A stretch of DNA of 63,748 nucleotides, filler included, from Hausera hauseri (lineage: Eukaryota), in assembly GCA_046269625.1 (NCBI GenBank). It is 11 parts of 11 records of this genome, joined end to end, with 100 filler letters (N's around TTAATTAATTAA, not from the genome) between each part and the next. Parts side by side here need not be neighbours in the genome. Positions count along the whole stretch, not along the records: positions 19,540 to 29,750 come from JBJURY010224409.1; positions 29,851 to 34,072 come from JBJURY010692327.1; positions 34,173 to 39,785 come from JBJURY010220630.1; 8 more parts are not named here. One strand, given 5' to 3'. The notes under the pieces are model-generated. The model made no database searches. It was not told the origin of the DNA and saw only the letters and a program-made list of their open reading frames with translations. The first letter of the stretch is position 1; the number at the start of each line of letters is the position of its first letter. Positions 26,040 to 39,500 of the stretch are shown in pieces. The position numbers and the translations under genes are program-made.

Positions 26040-27000
26040 ATAAATTTCCCACTACATCCGTTTAATTCCAAGTATTTTAGTTTTAATATCGACCCACTTT
26101 GTCGATGACATCTGATCACACGATGGATGTGCCTCCTACTTAAGTTGTCTTCCGCTCTGGTCAACATGGCCTCTTCAACTATATATCCCTTTTTCTCATT
26201 TTCCATCCCATCTAGTCTGAGCCAATCGATACGTGTGATTCCCTTTTTAACACCAAACTTAGCTCGAAAACCCATGATACATGTTTCGAAGAAATTATAC
26301 ACTACGGTGTTCCTCCTAACCCAATCATCATCTTTAACTTTAATAATTATGGTGACACAGGCCATAGTCAATTTTACATGGTTTCTCCTTCGTTCTACGA
26401 TTATTCGATTTTCGTTTTTGTATCTAACTACCTTATCGACCTCGGACCCGACCAATTCTGTAGTGAATTTTTTTTGTCTCAATACTCGCCTAGTTTTCCT
26501 AATCGGAATATTTGACATACATCCCTTTGTCTTGGTCATACGGTCAAAGGGAGAATTTATATAGAGGATATTCGATTTCATTTTGTTTTCATTCTCATTT
26601 ATGAGCATCGGTCTCACTGTACTGTGTGGTTTTATAATCTCGCTCCTAGTGTTTCCTTTTAATATTTCTGCATTGATCATAACGCCGATTATATCCTTTA
26701 CATTCTTCTAAGCGTACATTTTAAAATCCTTACGTACGAAGAATTTATATATCGTTACATGAACCCCTTTAGCTCTCCCATACATGTACAAACACATCAT
26801 TTTCAAACTTTGTATATAGTCCTCTTTTTTTGATACAAAAACATATTTTGTATATTGAAATACTAAACGTGACAGACAAAACTACATACGAATCAGAACC
26901 ACGAATAAAACTATCATTTGTTTCTAATATAATCATGACTGCAACCATTACGACACAAACCCCCTTGGCGCTTATGGAACCCAAACAAAAAAACAATAAC
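26040..27000 (+). mobile_element. Highly decayed non-LTR (LINE) reverse transcriptase
   Basis: Remnants resembling F.DLSxAxD, GVPxxxIISxTL, degenerate YADD, and SxVRxxLxY..WNP. Confidence 0.5.
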
Positions 27001-28779
27001 TGAGAGTATTATTAAAACGAGTCCTAACCATTTCAAATTTCCGTCCATATATAATTATCATCTGCTTATCGATTCCGATCTTGTTGTCTTTTATTAGGGC
27101 GTCGGACTAGTCGTAGACTTTTTCATAGCTCTCTTTTCTCAAAACTATTACGACAAACTCTCGTTCATTCCTCTTCCATTTCTTTATTGTCTTTTTAAAT
27201 TCACCAAACAAGACTACGTTCCACGAGTTCTGAAGTTTATAAACATTATCAATATGATAAACGTAAAACTTTCGTTGCAGTTCCTTTGTACTTTCACCCG
27301 TATTATACCTTTGAGTTGAGCATTCATTTATAAGACATCAAGAAATATACGATCCCGAATAATACATTTTCGATAAAGTGGAATTTGTGTCTTCTCTAGA
27401 CCCTTTTGATGGATGGCCTTCAATTTTTTTCAGGGATCTTACACGTGTCTCCTCCAAGTTCTTCTGTCTCTTTCCATACATGAATTTTTAATTTTGAGTG
27501 TTTAGGATCCATAAAATTTGCAATCGTTGGTCTCGCACTTCAATTTAAATTTAGATTCATCAGGACAAAATTAATAATTTGATTTCAATTTTTGATTTAA
27601 TATCTATTACTATGAGTATTAACATAGTAATAAAGATTATTATTATTGATACCCATAAATGCATTTATTATTACGACTGCAAAAGTGGCAATTAATATTA
27701 GGATAATGAAAGTTTACTTTCATTTATTTACAACAGACCTCGAACGACTTTGAGAGTATCAATTTGATTTCAATAATTATTTTGTGCCTTTCTGTGATAC
27801 CGACTTAGTGATTCGGGGCAATCGAATAAACTCAAATGCTGTTAAAATTTGCGCTGATGTTTCTCGTGATGAAATTGATACGTTCTGATACGTATTGATT
27901 CATTCTGATATGGTCATTTCTTCTGGTTTGAACTGTTTGGCAAATGCTAGTGTGTTGTATAAATATTATGAACTCATCGATTTGAATGATTTGGTTGATG
28001 ATGATGAAGTGGATAAATTTCCAGATCACATTTCACTGTCACCACCATTAATTAACGAAATTGGAGTCGACAATAATTACACATACTATGCTACTGATAA
28101 TTGCGCAATTGATGTATTTCATAATTCTCCGGATCATATTATAATCACTCTCTTATTGTTTCTGCTTGGCATCCACGACAAGCTTTCTCGTATCACTTGA
28201 AAACGACTGTAAATTAACCTTTTGACGTGAGACTAATGATGAATTTCTCTTACTTGAAGACTGTTACGGTCACAGTAAGTTTGATGCTCTTGTTCGAACG
28301 AAGAGTGATCAATTTTGTTTCCGTGATGTCGTGGGGAGTATTTATTTTGCTTCAATCGGTGAGACTGGTACAGTAAATATGTCTCTTGTTTAGTAAATTC
28401 TTTCTCAGATAGATGAAGGTCTTTATTGTACTGAAAGGATACCGCTGGTCATCCAAAATTGTTTCTTGATTCGGACAGAGTGTCGGAAAACTATTGGAGG
28501 AGATTTGAAGAGGACTGATAATGTTGCGAAATAGAGAATAGAGAATTGCTAATTGCGGAATCGGAACAAATTGAGTACTAATGACAGATAAGAAAGTTAT
28601 TAAGTATATGTTCGAGAGTATGAAGAATGTGTTGGTTAAGTCAAGGACTTAATATCCGATCTCTAAGAAGATAAAGAAAGAGGACCAATGAACGTATTTG
28701 TCAAAGTGACTTCGCAGATATAGGATAAATATTGCAAGACAAGTGAAGTTATCAAACATTGTCAGGAGTTATTTCTTTG

Positions 28780-29750
28780 TTTTCATTTGTAAAGTACACA
28801 TTCTGATATATCAATTATGACATTCTGCATTAATTCTTCCATTTCTTTTAAAACGTTTGGCTTCCCGAACCCCAAGAAGGGCCGTGTCGTATTTACATAA
28901 CATTACACATCAAATACAGAACAAATTAAATATACAATATACATTTATATAACCAACATGCTTATATACATATACACATTTTATACATTCTCTACATCTT
29001 ATGTCCCCTAGATCTCTTGATGTGAACTGGATTGGCCAACTAAATTGGTTCAAACATTCCCCACTTCTTGGGGTAGTCCGGTCTATAGACATGTCTTCAT
29101 AACTAATCACAGTTCTTAAGTCTTTCCATTCATTTAATTCTTTTTCTATTTTACAAACTTTGTTGATGGGTCGCCGATAGATTTCACCATTTTGTGAAAT
29201 CTCAACAACTCGCACGATCCCATCTTGACCATGAAATATATTGATTATCTCAGCTACTGGCCAATGATTCCTTTTTTCTGCTGTTTCTAATACCCATACT
29301 CTATCTCCTGGATTAATATCAACTTTCCCACTGCCATTGTTTTTGTCCTCCAAGTTATCAATAGCTCCTTCCTCCATCTCTTCCAATATTCATCATTTAT
29401 TAACTGAACATACCTCCATCGTGCGGTTACGCTGCTTTTCGTTGTACCTATTAATTCCGAATCAATATCGATGTTGTGACCAGCTATAATGAAATGATTG
29501 GGTGTGAGAACAATATCGTCTTTACTGTCAGCTGACGGTACCGTGAGTGGTCTATTATTTATGATTCATTCAATTTCACACAAAATGGTTTATAGTACTT
29601 CATCGGTAACCTGAGCATCTGCTAGTATCTTATTCAATGCTCTTTTAACCGACTTTATTAATGCCTCATAAGCTCCACCGAAGTGTGGTGCACCTGGAGG
29701 GTTTAATATCCACCGAATATTGTTTTGCTCCAGATTCAATTTCGCTGAAT
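28780..29750 (-). mobile_element. BEL/Pao LTR retrotransposon 3' end (integrase C-terminus, PPT, 3' LTR)
   Basis: NPPGAPHFGGAYEALIKSVK; INNRPLT; GDRVWV..RNHWPVAEI..GQDGIVRVV..RRPINKVC; polypurine AAGAAGTGGGGAA then TGTTTG starting at 29056; left boundary approximate. Confidence 0.9.
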
Positions 29751-30341
29751 NNNNNNNNNNNNNNNNNNNNNNNNNNNNNNNNNNNNNNNNNNNNTTAATT
29801 AATTAANNNNNNNNNNNNNNNNNNNNNNNNNNNNNNNNNNNNNNNNNNNNCCTTGATGAATTTCTTCTTGTTTCAACTTAATCACTGCCGCATAAACTGT
29901 CATTTTCGATTTAAATGCTGATAAACTATCTGGTTCAGACATGTTTTTCACAAGTGACACTTACACAGGGGTGTTTATATAAACTTTGCGAAATTTAGAC
30001 AAATTGGGGGTGGAAAAAGTGAAACCCAACAGCGGCCAGAATGTACTAGGGGGTTGGATTAGTGAAACCCAACAGCGGACATATAATGTACTGAATATTT
30101 AATATTGAATATTGATTTCCGATCTTGGGGGTTGGCCGCGTGTCGTCACATCCCTATACTCAGGAACATCGAAACAAAGTAAAATAGGTATACCAAAGGT
30201 AACATTAACAACTTATGAACTTCTAGAACAATTAATTAAGAAAGCTAATCCAAATCAACTCAAGAAGATACGAACAATTACAACAATTCCATTAAAGTCC
30301 ATAATATAACCGCTAGAAATTCCATATCGCAAATTACAAAA

Positions 30342-30590
30342 TTGCTGCAGAATTACAAACTGCACGGAGGCCTAAATAAAGCATTGAAGCTATTATTAAA
30401 GGAATGTGATCAAAATCGACTACAGATGGCATTGAGATGCATAGTGTTCAGCTTTAAAAATCAAACAGAGGTTGATGCCAAGTTACACCATATGGTAAGG
30501 GACTTAGCCCATTACATGAATAAACTAACGAAAGATTGGGTAACCAAACAAGGAGGTTGGGATGACATGCTCAAGAAATTTAACCATACA
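30342..30590 (+). pseudogene. Bcl-2-family-like domain (clear BH2, degenerate BH1)
   Basis: ..LAHYMNKLTKDWVTKQGGWDDMLKKF fits the BH2 W-x3-GGW motif with its preceding helix; in frame with the glycoprotein signal peptide. Confidence 0.65.
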
Positions 30591-30619
30591 ACACTAATGT
30601 ACCCCAGAGATACCAATGT

Positions 30620-32425
30620 CTCAGATTGGGTTGTACAAATTATTTATCTGCTACTATACTTGATAACCGTGAGCAGTTTAAAAACCACGAAAGCGTTAGA
30701 AGCCCATGATTGTTCCAAACTGGAAATAACAACCAGACTTTCACTGGTAGATATAGGTAAATATCAAAACGCTAATCCAATATCAGTAAAGAAAGAAGGT
30801 CCTTACAACTATAACTTGTATCAAAGAATCAGCTATCAACAAGTGCAGGTAAAGGAATGTGAGCTTACAACTGTAGCCATAATTCGTGGAATTCAGTAAT
30901 TATTCCACTCGGACTACCTAAATCCGTGAAAATAATGGCTGAAAATTGCAGAAAAGCCATGGATTCAATTAATGTAGGCCTTCAACAGCCAGTACAAGCA
31001 GGCATAGAAAACGAGTATATTCACGCATAGTTACAGCCGGTAAAATATAGATTGGATACGGTGGAGCTTGTAAAGGAGAAAGTATGATGATAAATGGACA
31101 AAAGAAATTCGCTGTGGTGCAAATAGAAGATTATACTGTCACTATAAAAGAATATAAAGCAAATTTCAATGCAATCGCAGGAAAAATGTTAACCGCACCA
31201 TCCTGTACATATTCCGATGGAGTACCCTAGGAGAATCCAACCTAGTTTGGGAAAAAGTACCTATGTATGAAATACAAGATTATTTATATTATAATGACGA
31301 GTACCAAGAACCTATACATAACCATAATATAAGTCTACCTAGTCCAGGAACCTTGAAACAGACCACTTTCCTAAAATTTTTAATGTCATCCAGTGACAAA
31401 GATGACATCGTACTGGCATGTAAAGGAGCAGTATCTACTTGTGGATCAAATGCAGTTTACTCTACAAGCTATGAAGACCTATTCGTAACAAACATAACAG
31501 GAAATACAGGATAGTTGCTAGCCAAAGATACAAAGTGGTATCTATATACAAATAACAAGATAGACTATATCTATACCGAAAAAATGGATTTGGTCGAATT
31601 ATATAATATGATGGTTTTGGGAGATTGTAAAATCAATCAAACATTGAAGCAACATAACTTAATACTAGCCAGAAAATTCCCAGAACATATTGCCATAATT
31701 ATGGGATATCGCCCTGGAACATTTCGTAGAGTACAAGGTGAAATACTCCACGTGTATCAATGCCCTCCAATAGAGGTAATTCCAATAACAACCACAAGAG
31801 AAAATTGTACAAACGAATTAATGGTCCAAAACAACGATAAAAATATAAATAAAACAGGATATGTTCGCCCTGTTACCCTACCGAAATTAGCTTTGCACCG
31901 TGTTACAAAGACTTCTATCCAGCCTTCAAACTTAGTGACGGAATATGGCCCAAAACACGCCAACCATCTATGATGAACATACCACAGACGATTGGACTAC
32001 TACCATTGGATAAAGGCATGAAATTTAAAGTAAATAAAGAACTCCCCAGCAGCGGATTATATTCATTAACAGACCTGGAAGCAGTAAGAAAACATGTATT
32101 GTTTCAGAATATCCGAGAGAACATCATCACAGAATTTGTATATGCTGTTACAAAAGTATCAGATGGTGTACCTAATTATGGAATGTTACTGCCAATCGAT
32201 CATTTAGCAAGAACAGCTAAAAAGGCCCTTTATGACTTTTGGAATAAACTGCTTATTTTTGGTCAAGTTATATCTGGAGTTTTGGGATATACGTTATAAT
32301 CACAACCATAATAGTCATTAAGACAAATAGGAGCTGCAAGAAATATAAAGAAAGCACGTGGTTCTACATGGCAAATAATGTTAGGATGTTTCCCTTCTAT
32401 GGCGCAATCAGTATTGATGTATTGA
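30620..32425 (+). pseudogene. env: Chuvirus-like envelope glycoprotein (multiple frameshifts)
   Basis: Colinear motifs with 12872-14884 in several frames. Confidence 0.85.
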
Positions 32426-32812
32426 CATACAACGAAACTTGACAAATTAAGAAAAGAACTTCATCTAACTCCAGAACTAGTACAACAGTTACAAGCCTTT
32501 ATTAAATTAACAGTGGAAGAATACCTGGTTAAATATATATTATTGAGAAAAAAAGCTGGACAACACTTCAAACCAAAAGCACCAACATACTACAAACCCA
32601 AACCTATTGATGAATTTCCGGAGTATCCCGAATACGAAGAAATGAAGGTCACATCAATGCATGATCTTCCTATGGCAAGAGATCTAGATGAATACACCTG
32701 TTTACCAAGTACTAAGCACCCACCGAACGTATTCCGACAATATAATACCACATATACTGGACGGAATAATACAAAATTTATTTTTATAACCCAAACCACT
32801 GCTACAACAGGA

Positions 32813-34072
32813 AACAATCCCTATGTCCATGTACGATTTAATGGATTAAATATTATAGCACTACTAGATACCGGAGCATCCGTATCAATGATTCGACATT
32901 CTTACTTAACTGACGATCAAAAAGGAGCAATCATGCCCAGAAATATAGTAATAGCAGCAGCGAATTCCACTCAAGTGCAATTCCCAGGAAAAATAGACGT
33001 CAAAATAAGAATCGACGGTAACCTAAACACTATCACCTTGTTTGTGGTTGATGACAAAATATTGCCAGTGCCTCTAGTCATAGGAATGGATGTATTGTCT
33101 CAAATTTCAGGTCTCTCTATGGACTTATCCACAAAGACACTTAAGTATACTCTAACCAATTTGTCAATCGAGGATATTAGTATGACGTTAACTCATGATG
33201 TTATTATAAGCCCACAACAACAAGTAATGGTGGTGTTAATAATACCGCCACAATACCACAAGCAATATAGCATTTTTGAGCCAAACCTATATAATAACGA
33301 AAAATATAAGATTTCACAATATCCCTTATTTGTACCAAAAGGAGTACAACGTTTAGAATTGCCAATACAAAGCATCAATAAAAAGGCAATCAAATTACGA
33401 CAAAACCTCAATTTAGGACAATTACAACGAGTTAAGGTATGCGCAGCAACATTTCTGGTGGCAGATGAAAACATTGAATTCAAGGACGGCAATTTAAATC
33501 AATACCAACAGAAAATTATTACAGTTATTCCATAAATATCGAGATATTATAGCTGTGAATGATAATGACTTCGACAGAACCAACGTTATTCAACATCATA
33601 TAATCATCATATAATCCGTATAGAATGGGTGAAGTTGACAAATGGTTGAACATGGTATTATTAGACATAGTTTCTCTCTATGGACATCCCCAGTAGTATT
33701 AGTGCAGAAGAAGGACGGAGCACAACGATTATGTGTAGACTTCAGAGCAGTAAATAATGTTACAAAGAAGGATAATTACCCATTACCAAAGATAGACGAA
33801 ATGCTCACAGCCTTAAGAAATGCCTCAATATTCACCACTCTAGATTTGCAACGCGGATTTTGGCAAGTCAAAGTTGCCGAAGAAGATAAGCAGAAAACAG
33901 CCTTCTCTACAGGAACTGGATTATGGGAATTTAACGCTATGCCCTTTGGCTTCACAGGAGGATTTGCCACATTTCAAAGATGTATGAATTTAGTTTTGCA
34001 ACGAGTAACCTGTTGTATTGTGTACATAAATGATGTAGTAATATTTTCTGAAAATTTTGAACAACATCTAGA
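32813..34072 (+). pseudogene. pol: Pol (protease and RT N-terminal part)
   Basis: NPYVHVRFNG..ALLDTGASVSMI..LVIGMD; SLWTSPVVLVQKKDGAQRLCVDFR; LDLQRGFWQV. Confidence 0.95.
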
Positions 34073-34260
34073 NNNNNNNNNNNNNNNNNNNNNNNNNNNN
34101 NNNNNNNNNNNNNNNNTTAATTAATTAANNNNNNNNNNNNNNNNNNNNNNNNNNNNNNNNNNNNNNNNNNNNGAGAAATTGTTCATGTTCATATATGAGA
34201 TAAAGCACGTGAGTAATTGTTCATTTTAAATTAAAAATATAAAAGGACATTAAGATATAT

Positions 34261-34309
34261 ATATGAGATATTGTGTAAATTTAAATTTAATTTATACAAT
34301 ATTTCATAT
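34261..34309. promoter_or_regulatory. 21-bp AT-rich stem-loop just upstream of rep (candidate origin)
   Basis: ATATGAGATATTGTGTAAATT-TAAATTT-AATTTATACAATATTTCATAT, two G-T mismatches; no canonical nonanucleotide. Confidence 0.4.
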
Positions 34310-34317
34310 TTTTAAAA

Positions 34318-35860
34318 ATGTCTGTACCATCTTCGCATTTGTTATCGAGACCAGAGCGTAATTAGCAAGTAATTTAATTATTTATTTATTATTAATTTAT
34401 ACATTGTAAAGGGATATCGGAACAATTTTACGATTGGAAACGCAGTGAATGGGCAGTATGTCAGAATGTTCCCCGATGTTTCAGATGATCATTGCAGAGC
34501 ATTGCAGTACAGGTTTCCTGATCAAATCAGTGAACTTATTGTGCCGCCGGAAGGGGCAACATTTCGCCATTTCATGGCGATAATTAAGTATGACGATTCT
34601 GTTGATTTAGTTGTAAATATGTCAAATTATATACGCCTTTCTTTATTGTACAAATTTTATATGAAGGTGGTGGAAGATACATCTTCTACCGGTTTCCACC
34701 ACCTTCACTTCCTTTTTTATTTACGCAACCCTATGCGGTTGCATAGGTTTAGAGTTGTATTTGGGTTTAATTATGTTATCCCTTTTAGGAGTGATATCTT
34801 TGCCGTGTACAAATATCATCAAAAAGATATCACTCCTATTGTGTTTACCCTTCAGATCGGTAATCCCCCAATAGATATAAATAAAGAGAATACCTCGCGC
34901 AAAGCTTTGTATAGAATGTTCGATGATGCTCCCTCGGTCTCAGAGGCTATGCATATCATGAAGGAAGGAGACCGAGCGGAGTTCGTTACGCGACACAAGA
35001 TGTTGCAGTCATATGTCAATAGTAAGTTTAGGCCCAAGGTGTCTGTAAATAATTCCTTTGTTTTTACTATTCCCCCTATAAAATTTGATGTTGAGCGTGG
35101 GGTTAATACGGCTTTGTTGTTTGGATCATCCAATATAGGGAAGACCTGTTATGCCATGAGTCATGGCAAGAACCCACTTATTCTTCATAGTCTCCATGAC
35201 ACTCCTGCTGAGTGGTCATCGGAGTACGATTTGATAATCTTTGACGATGTCGGGTTTGGGGAAATGTTCCCGGACATCTTCTTATCTATTGTCCAATGCA
35301 ACCACGTACATGACAATCGGTCTATACGTGGGTTGTATAAGTCTGTTGTAGTTCCTAGTTCGGTTCGAGTTATCTTTACGTACAATAGTCAGTCCTCCTT
35401 TTGGCCTCGAAAGATGGACTTAAGTCAGAAGGAGGCTTGTTTGAAACGATGTCTCCTGTACGATTTAGGAGATTTTATGCTGTATTGTACAGGGGAAAAT
35501 AGGTATCGTTTTATTCAGGAGAATCGGGTTGACTTCCGTAGGTTAGCTGAGGAGTTTAGTGAGCCTCCCGCTATACCTGTTGTTATTAATCGGGGGCATT
35601 ATCGATCTGATTCTGTTTTATCAACTCCAGAATATGTACCCAATGATTTAGTTGTAAATATGTCAAATGTAAATAATTATCGTCAAACTTATCATCGTGA
35701 TGTTTTATCGCCTTTTCATATGTGTACAGAGGCGTGCTATGTAAATCCCGTTGATTTTATGAATACAGGTAATGACCCTACTGGTGTGCGTACTGCTCCT
35801 AGTATGGGTGAAAACAGTTTGAATTTGACTTGGGGTGTTGACAACCATATCACATTCTGA
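34318..35860 (+). CDS. rep: Endogenous CRESS-DNA-virus-like Rep (HUH endonuclease plus SF3 helicase); probable 5' exon 34318-34368 and 43-nt intron 34369-34411
   Basis: Motif II GFHHLHFL, motif III YKYHQKD, Walker A GSSNIGKT, Walker B IIFDDV, motif C IFTYN, Arg finger ACLKR. Phase-0 GT..AG intron joins ATG 34318 to the Rep frame, but the 5' exon has a TAG at 34363-34365. Confidence 0.9.
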
Positions 35861-35956
35861 TTGGTTGCTCATTTGGTGTGTTGTACTGTATATAAATTTT
35901 TGTGTGTAAATATGTGAATAAATAGTTTATTGTTTTTGTTCTTCATTTGTTTGCTA

Positions 35957-36536
35957 ATGTCTTATAATCCGGGCTTCCTTTCAAATTTATTGAAGTTAAA
36001 TTACAGTATTGACGCCATGTGTGATCATGTGCGTAATGTGGAGCGCAGATATAATCTCCCACCAGAGGAATTAGTTGATATACAACATGTGGCGCGTTTA
36101 TCCTTGTATAATCTATCCCTAATGAAGAAATTATTATGCCAGTATGATAAATTGTGCGACAAGTATTCAATCGAGGATCCACTGCATTTGTGCAGTATTT
36201 TGAAGTCTTATGCGGATGAGGATGATGGGATTCGGGATGTGTATAACTGCGTTCCTCGTACTGCTGAGGATATCTGTGAAAATCTCCATAGGGATGAGAT
36301 CTTATGCAGTCAGTCCCCGTTTCCGGTCTACGATTGGGGTAATGATTGCCTCATCTGTTTTGCATTGAGGGGTAAGCGTGCTCAAGGTATTTTGTTTTCC
36401 TATTTTTGATTTATATTTATCAGGTAAGTGGTTGGACCCCCGAATAGTGATGCGTCGAGCCGCATCTCCACTCCCGCTGACGACGGAGAAGAAGGATGAT
36501 GAGGATACGGAGCCTATGTGTGGTGATGTTGTGTAA
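35957..36536 (+). CDS. Spliced hypothetical gene downstream of rep (exons 35957-36386 and 36424-36536)
   Basis: TATATAAA ~35888; ATG 35957; 37-nt GT..CAG intron 36387-36423 keeps the frame open to TAA 36534-36536, overlapping AATAAA 36535-36540. Confidence 0.7.
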
Positions 36537-39500
36537 TAAACTTAGTGTGCCATGTCTTTGTTCTTTGTGTCTTTGTTATAATTTTTAGAGCGCTGCCCCT
36601 GTCTTTGTTTGAATGTCATATAATAGTTGTTGTAAATGTTATATTAATAAATGTTTCATATAAGCAAATCTTGTTTTATTTTCTTTTTACGTAAAGGAGT
36701 TAAGTAACAATACAGTTTTCAAAATTGTTGGTAATTATTTATATACAAAGTTACTGTATAGATACAAATAATTTTAAAAATATTTTATCCATGTTATAAC
36801 TAAAATTTTATAAAAAATAATTTAAGCTTTGTTTGCAAAAATGATATTTATATTATTAATTTGTATTTGAATAAGGAATTTGCAATAAAGCTCTGACTAG
36901 CAGTAAAGTACCTTCATTTATGAGATACGTTCATTGCTCTTATGCAATTCTATTAACAAAATTTTTCAATAATTGTCAATACACATGTAATAGTATATGT
37001 TGTACGAATGTAATTGATTGAGGTGGATCCATGTCAACAATTCTTAATTCCTGATTATTAAATGAAGATTAAGCAATTTAAGAATGACACATTTAAGAAT
37101 GACACTCGACATTATACAACAATGTCAGTTATTTTCATTATCTCTAAGGTATAAATTTTCTGAGAAAATGACAAACATCCAAATACAAGAAAGATTTTAA
37201 TTTCCAGAAAGTTGCCATACTGCATATAAAAGAATATGCAAAAGTTATTCATATAAATTTGAAAATAACAATCAATAATTACTATTGATTAGCCGTAAAG
37301 TAGAAACGGAAAAGGAGTTAACTAGTCAAATGACAATTTGAACGTAGTATCGCCTATATAGAACTAAAATATAAAATTTGATAATTTGACTTTGAAAAAA
37401 ATTTGTGTGTATTTCATAATTCTTGTGTTTGTATTCATTGTGTATTAAAAATTGTTATTGTTAAAAAAAACGTATTTATGATTTCATTACATACCATTCA
37501 TTTCAACCTTAAGAATTATAAGACACAAATTGTGTGAACTGTAAACAAATAAAATTCATCTTCACTACTTATTTGCCAAACTATGTACAATAATATTTAA
37601 AAATTATCATTGATAAATTGCTAAAAACAAGGATGTTTTTAAGACTTCGTAGTTCTAATTATTTACAATTGTCTTACAGTTCGTGTATGTGTGTAAAAAT
37701 ATTGTGAATGTGTGTTCATGCAATAACATTATAGAATTATAAATATCATGCAATTAGATTCCAATATTGCATAAGCACACAAACACGGCCTTCATTGCTA
37801 TGCAGATTTCAACTGTAAACAAAAATATAAATTTTGGTTACTATAAAGTCTTAAAAAACACCCATGTATATAAAAATTACTAAATTTTATTTTTATGGTT
37901 CTATATAGGTGGTACTACGTGACAGATGTAACTTTGATAAGAACTTCCGAATAATTACTGAACTTTATGTCCCATTATATAAAATATTGAAATTAATTTT
38001 TCCCAAATATCCTGATAGTTTCAAATTCATGGAATATGCTTCATCGGTATAATTTCTAATCATTTTCCAGTGATGTAATAATGTTAATGTTATGTTTTAA
38101 ATTCGAATGAAATTTATCAATTTTTGGTTCATGATAAAATCATAAATTCCATTTCATAATACTCATAAATACCATTTTTTCTTTTCATAAATATTGTTAA
38201 TATTGATTTTTACCAATAATACCTTATTAATATCATCACCTATTGCATCAGAGCAGATACTATGCTTCCCAATCGACCTTGGCAATGTTGCGTAAGTTTT
38301 ATCAAACGAATCAATACCATTAGGCAAACTTCTTTCTTTGGCATCAAGTGAATCTGTTTTCGAGCTCATTGATCTAAATAATAATAATAATAATAATTTC
38401 ATTTCTAATGTTAGAAAAATCTAAAATATGGTAGAATTAAGAATAAATAATTAATTTATCTTTTTTTATCAATATAAAACTTTATTAATTCAAATACAGA
38501 ATTTGTTTAATCGTAACGAGGATTGTGTACAGTGAACTCAACAGTTTAATCTTTAAATAGGTATTTCATAAAAATGCACCCGTTAATTTTGCAATTATGT
38601 AAAAATTTTTATCGGTAAATTTTGTAAAATTTTATTACTGGTTAAATAAATTTTCTTTTTTATTTATGCAGAAACGTCATATTAATATTAAAGCACATAT
38701 TTTAGCAAAAAATTAATTTTTCGTGCTCTCCGAAGTAACAGCATTTACAATCTATAAAGACAACACCGAAATCTGATTGGTCTGTTTAAGCCAAACAACT
38801 GATTGACAATTGTCGACTAACTTTACAACTGAATCTGATGTGTAATTTAATTTCTGAAAATTGATTTAATTTAATTGCACCAACTGAATCTGATGTAAAA
38901 TTTAAATTATTCTAGACGACTAATAATCCGATTTTATTTTAATGCAATTTTATGTAATGTAATTTTATTTTCTTGAAATGATATATATTTTGATTCCTAC
39001 ATACACCAGCAGTATTCTGGTTTAAAACTTAACTTTAAACTTTCCACACTGATTCAAAAGATGTCTCATGCTTGTGATAGCTATGTCTTGTCTACTGTCT
39101 TTTATTTTTCGATTGTTGTAAGTTATTTATTTAAGTACTCATTAAAAATTTTATTTTATCGCTGTGTATTTCCTTGTAGTATATTTATCTATTTAAAATA
39201 ATACCAAATAAATAAATAAATAAACTTAAATTAAGGCCCCCTCAGGTATAGCGTCCCAGCAGGACGCTTGTTCAAAATCAAGTAAATAAGGGTTATTCCG
39301 CTAGTGTGCCTCCTAGCGATCGATTCTCACAGTAGGACCAAATAAAATACGGTAACCCCACAGATTACTGCAAGAATAAATAATATTTAAGTTTGATGTC
39401 GCGAGGCCTAAACTATTTAGAACCTGTAACTTAACACAATTTTATTTGCAGCATTAATAATCTTAATTATTTCATCATCTTGACCTTTGTTTTTAGTGTC

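Larger units (their letters stand above)
30150..34072 (+). mobile_element. Large enveloped Ty3/Gypsy element, copy 3 (Bcl-2-like-G-PR-RT), decayed
   Basis: BH2-like DWVTKQGGWDDML; signal peptide then AHDC..TTRLSLVDIG; LYNMMVLGDC..FRRVQGEILHVYQC..CTNEL; FWNKLLIFGQVISGVLG; ALLDTGASVS; RLCVDFRAVN, MPFG, YIND. Confidence 0.9.

Noticed and set aside
26024-26680. 218-aa minus-strand ORF as a gene
   Set aside because: Looks like the antisense shadow of a decayed LINE RT
27760-28400. Cys-containing broken ORF as another viral glycoprotein
   Set aside because: Too fragmentary, and no motif shared with the identified glycoproteins
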